Shown here: one piece after another, positions 62,852-64,000 of the stretch
How positions within the stretch are numbered: position 1 is the first letter of the stretch
Layout: every line of letters begins with the position of its first letter
NCBI GenBank assembly: GCA_049281855.1
Contig: JBAPSY010000073.1
Span: 3,171 to 67,170 of the forward strand
Source of the DNA: Anaerolineales bacterium
GTDB taxonomy: Bacteria > Chloroflexota > Anaerolineae > Anaerolineales > UBA4823
Reading direction: 5' to 3'
Length of the DNA stretch: 64,000 nucleotides
Notes under the pieces: model-generated
Seen by the model: the letters and a program-made list of their open reading frames with translations, nothing else
Told to the model about the DNA's origin: nothing
The model's database searches: none
Translations under genes and position numbers: made by a program

Positions 62852-64000
62852 TCCAAATCCTGGTTTGGTGGCTGCTTATACAGGTTCTGGGTTGGCTGGC
62901 TTTACCCACCGCCATGCGAATTTTCCGCTGGCTGCCGGATCGTGGCTACTCATTTTCCAAAGCCTTTGGCTTGTTGATGATCAGTTTCTTTTTGTGGTTT
63001 GGTGCAAGCACGGGTTTGTTGACCAACGACCTGGGCGGCATCCTGTTCTCTGCTCTGCTTGTGGCTGCCATTTCTGCCTGGTTCTACTTTCAGCATAAGG
63101 CGACCGTTATCCCGGAGATTCGCTCCTTCCTGCGTGAAAAATGGAAGCTGGTTTTCACCGTGGAAGTGCTCTTTACCTTGGCTTTGGTCGGATGGGCTGT
63201 GTTGCGAGCCTATGCTCCCTATAAGATCGAACCATCGGGTGGTGAAAAGTTCATGGAAACTGCCTTCCAGAACGCCATCTTGCGCAGCGAACACTTCCCT
63301 CCGCTTGACCCCTGGCTTTCTGGTTTTGGGATTTCTTACTATTATTTTGGCTATGTGATGATGGCTTTGCTCACTCGGTTATCCGGAGCGGTTTCGGGAG
63401 TGGCTTTTGACCTGTATGATTCCTTGCTTTTCGCCCTTACCTTGATTGGCTCATTTGGTGTGGTCTATAACTTGGTGGCGTTCACCCATAAGGCTCGCCA
63501 TAAGGATGGTGAAGCTGCTCCACCCGCAGGCCCTCCATTAGCAGCTGGGGTGTTGGGTGGGCTGCTGGTAACGGTGATGGGTAACCTGGAAGGTGTGCTG
63601 GAGGCTATTCACGCCAAGGGGGTGTTGCCCGATAACTTCTGGGCTTGGCTCGATATCCCCGGTTTGGCCGGGTCACCAGTGGTTAAATCCTGGTATCCTG
63701 GGGATGTATTCCTGTGGTGGTGGCGGGCCTCGCGCGTTCTGGCCGACAAGAATTTCCTCGGACAGAATATGCGCGTCCAGCCTATTGACGAGTTTCCGTT
63801 TTTCAGCTTTTTGCTTGGCGACAACCACCCGCATGTTTTAGCGCTCCCGTTTGTCCTCCTCGCAATTGGCCTGGCACTCAACCTGCTCCTGCGTCAGGTG
63901 AGCGAGGCGCGTAATTTGCAACGAAGCATCGCCAGCGTTCTGTCTGAGCGAGGCAAGGAACGAGACACCGCAATCGAAGAATCTGGTTCTGAGCCCACAT
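62848..64000 (+). CDS. YYY-domain (DUF2298) membrane protein, 5' part (runs off the window)
   Basis: Absent from the ORF track because no stop occurs in the window. My translation from the ATG at 62848 (ATGA overlap with the upstream stop) reads MIQILVWWLLIQVLGWLALP...GGEKFMETAFQNAILRS...GISYYYFGYVMM...IDEFPFFSFLLGDNHPHV and stays open to 64000. Confidence 0.8.
   Translation, partial: MIQILVWWLLIQVLGWLALPTAMRIFRWLPDRGYSFSKAFGLLMISFFLWFGASTGLLTNDLGGILFSALLVAAISAWFYFQHKATVIPEIRSFLREKWKLVFTVEVLFTLALVGWAVLRAYAPYKIEPSGGEKFMETAFQNAILRSEHFPPLDPWLSGFGISYYYFGYVMMALLTRLSGAVSGVAFDLYDSLLFALTLIGSFGVVYNLVAFTHKARHKDGEAAPPAGPPLAAGVLGGLLVTVMGNLEGVLEAIHAKGVLPDNFWAWLDIPGLAGSPVVKSWYPGDVFLWWWRASRVLADKNFLGQNMRVQPIDEFPFFSFLLGDNHPHVLALPFVLLAIGLALNLLLRQVSEARNLQRSIASVLSERGKERDTAIEESGSEPT

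Noticed and set aside
62865-63098. Track ORF (77 aa, MVAAYTGSGLAGF...) directly after the giant gene
   Set aside because: The overlapping frame starting at the ATG at 62848 stays open to the end of the window. It encodes a clear YYY/DUF2298 paralog, so the listed ORF is an out-of-frame shadow.
1-64000. CRISPR arrays, rRNA genes, transposases, integrases and prophage genes
   Set aside because: I saw no periodic repeat-spacer structure, no rRNA-like sequence and no ORF with transposase, integrase or phage structural motifs. The only RNA gene I could fold is tRNA-Glu.

Overview
The window is a gene-dense, mostly housekeeping chromosomal segment (about 50% GC). It has no rRNA, CRISPR array, transposase or integrase. 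All family calls rest on motif recognition in the supplied translations, since no database search was possible.

Gene content suggests a Chloroflexota (Anaerolineae-like) genome; this is an inference. The supporting features are YYY/DUF2298 membrane proteins, an isopentenyl-phosphate-kinase-type mevalonate route, a TopA with an extra N-terminal zinc ribbon, and a ycf45-like ATPase.

Recognisable genes:
- Core functions: pdxS-pdxT, tmk, gmk, recA, ffh-rpsP-KH-rimM, dprA, topA, greA, a dGTPase, tlyA, lepA and one tRNA-Glu(CUC).
- Regulation: a histidine kinase/OmpR-type regulator pair lies upstream of an unknown-protein plus formate/nitrite-transporter operon.
- Envelope proteins: two M23 peptidases, a TolB-like propeller protein and a VKOR-thioredoxin fusion.
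- Assorted metabolic enzymes and transporters.

The most interesting part is the co-directional block at about 51.1-64.0 kb. It runs: flippase-like UPF0104 protein, GT4 glycosyltransferase, methyltransferase, a frameshifted second methyltransferase, then three very large polytopic GT-C-like membrane proteins.
- One of the three is a 1864-aa fusion of a GT39/ArnT-like module, a repeated beta-rich module and a YYY (DUF2298) domain.
- It is ATGA-coupled to a second YYY paralog that runs off the window.
- An operon about 3-5 kb upstream encodes a decaprenyl-phosphate phosphoribosyltransferase-like UbiA enzyme, mevalonate kinase and isopentenyl phosphate kinase.
- Together these suggest an uncharacterised polyprenyl-phosphate-linked extracytoplasmic glycosylation system. 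That reading is inference.

Smaller oddities:
- a 10-bp duplication of the tRNA 3' end bracketing a 318-bp AT-rich gap
- an orphan SPPY-type DNA methyltransferase
- a truncated ABC-transporter remnant
- 11-bp-phased direct repeats in front of the FNT operon
- several hairpins and promoter-like sites
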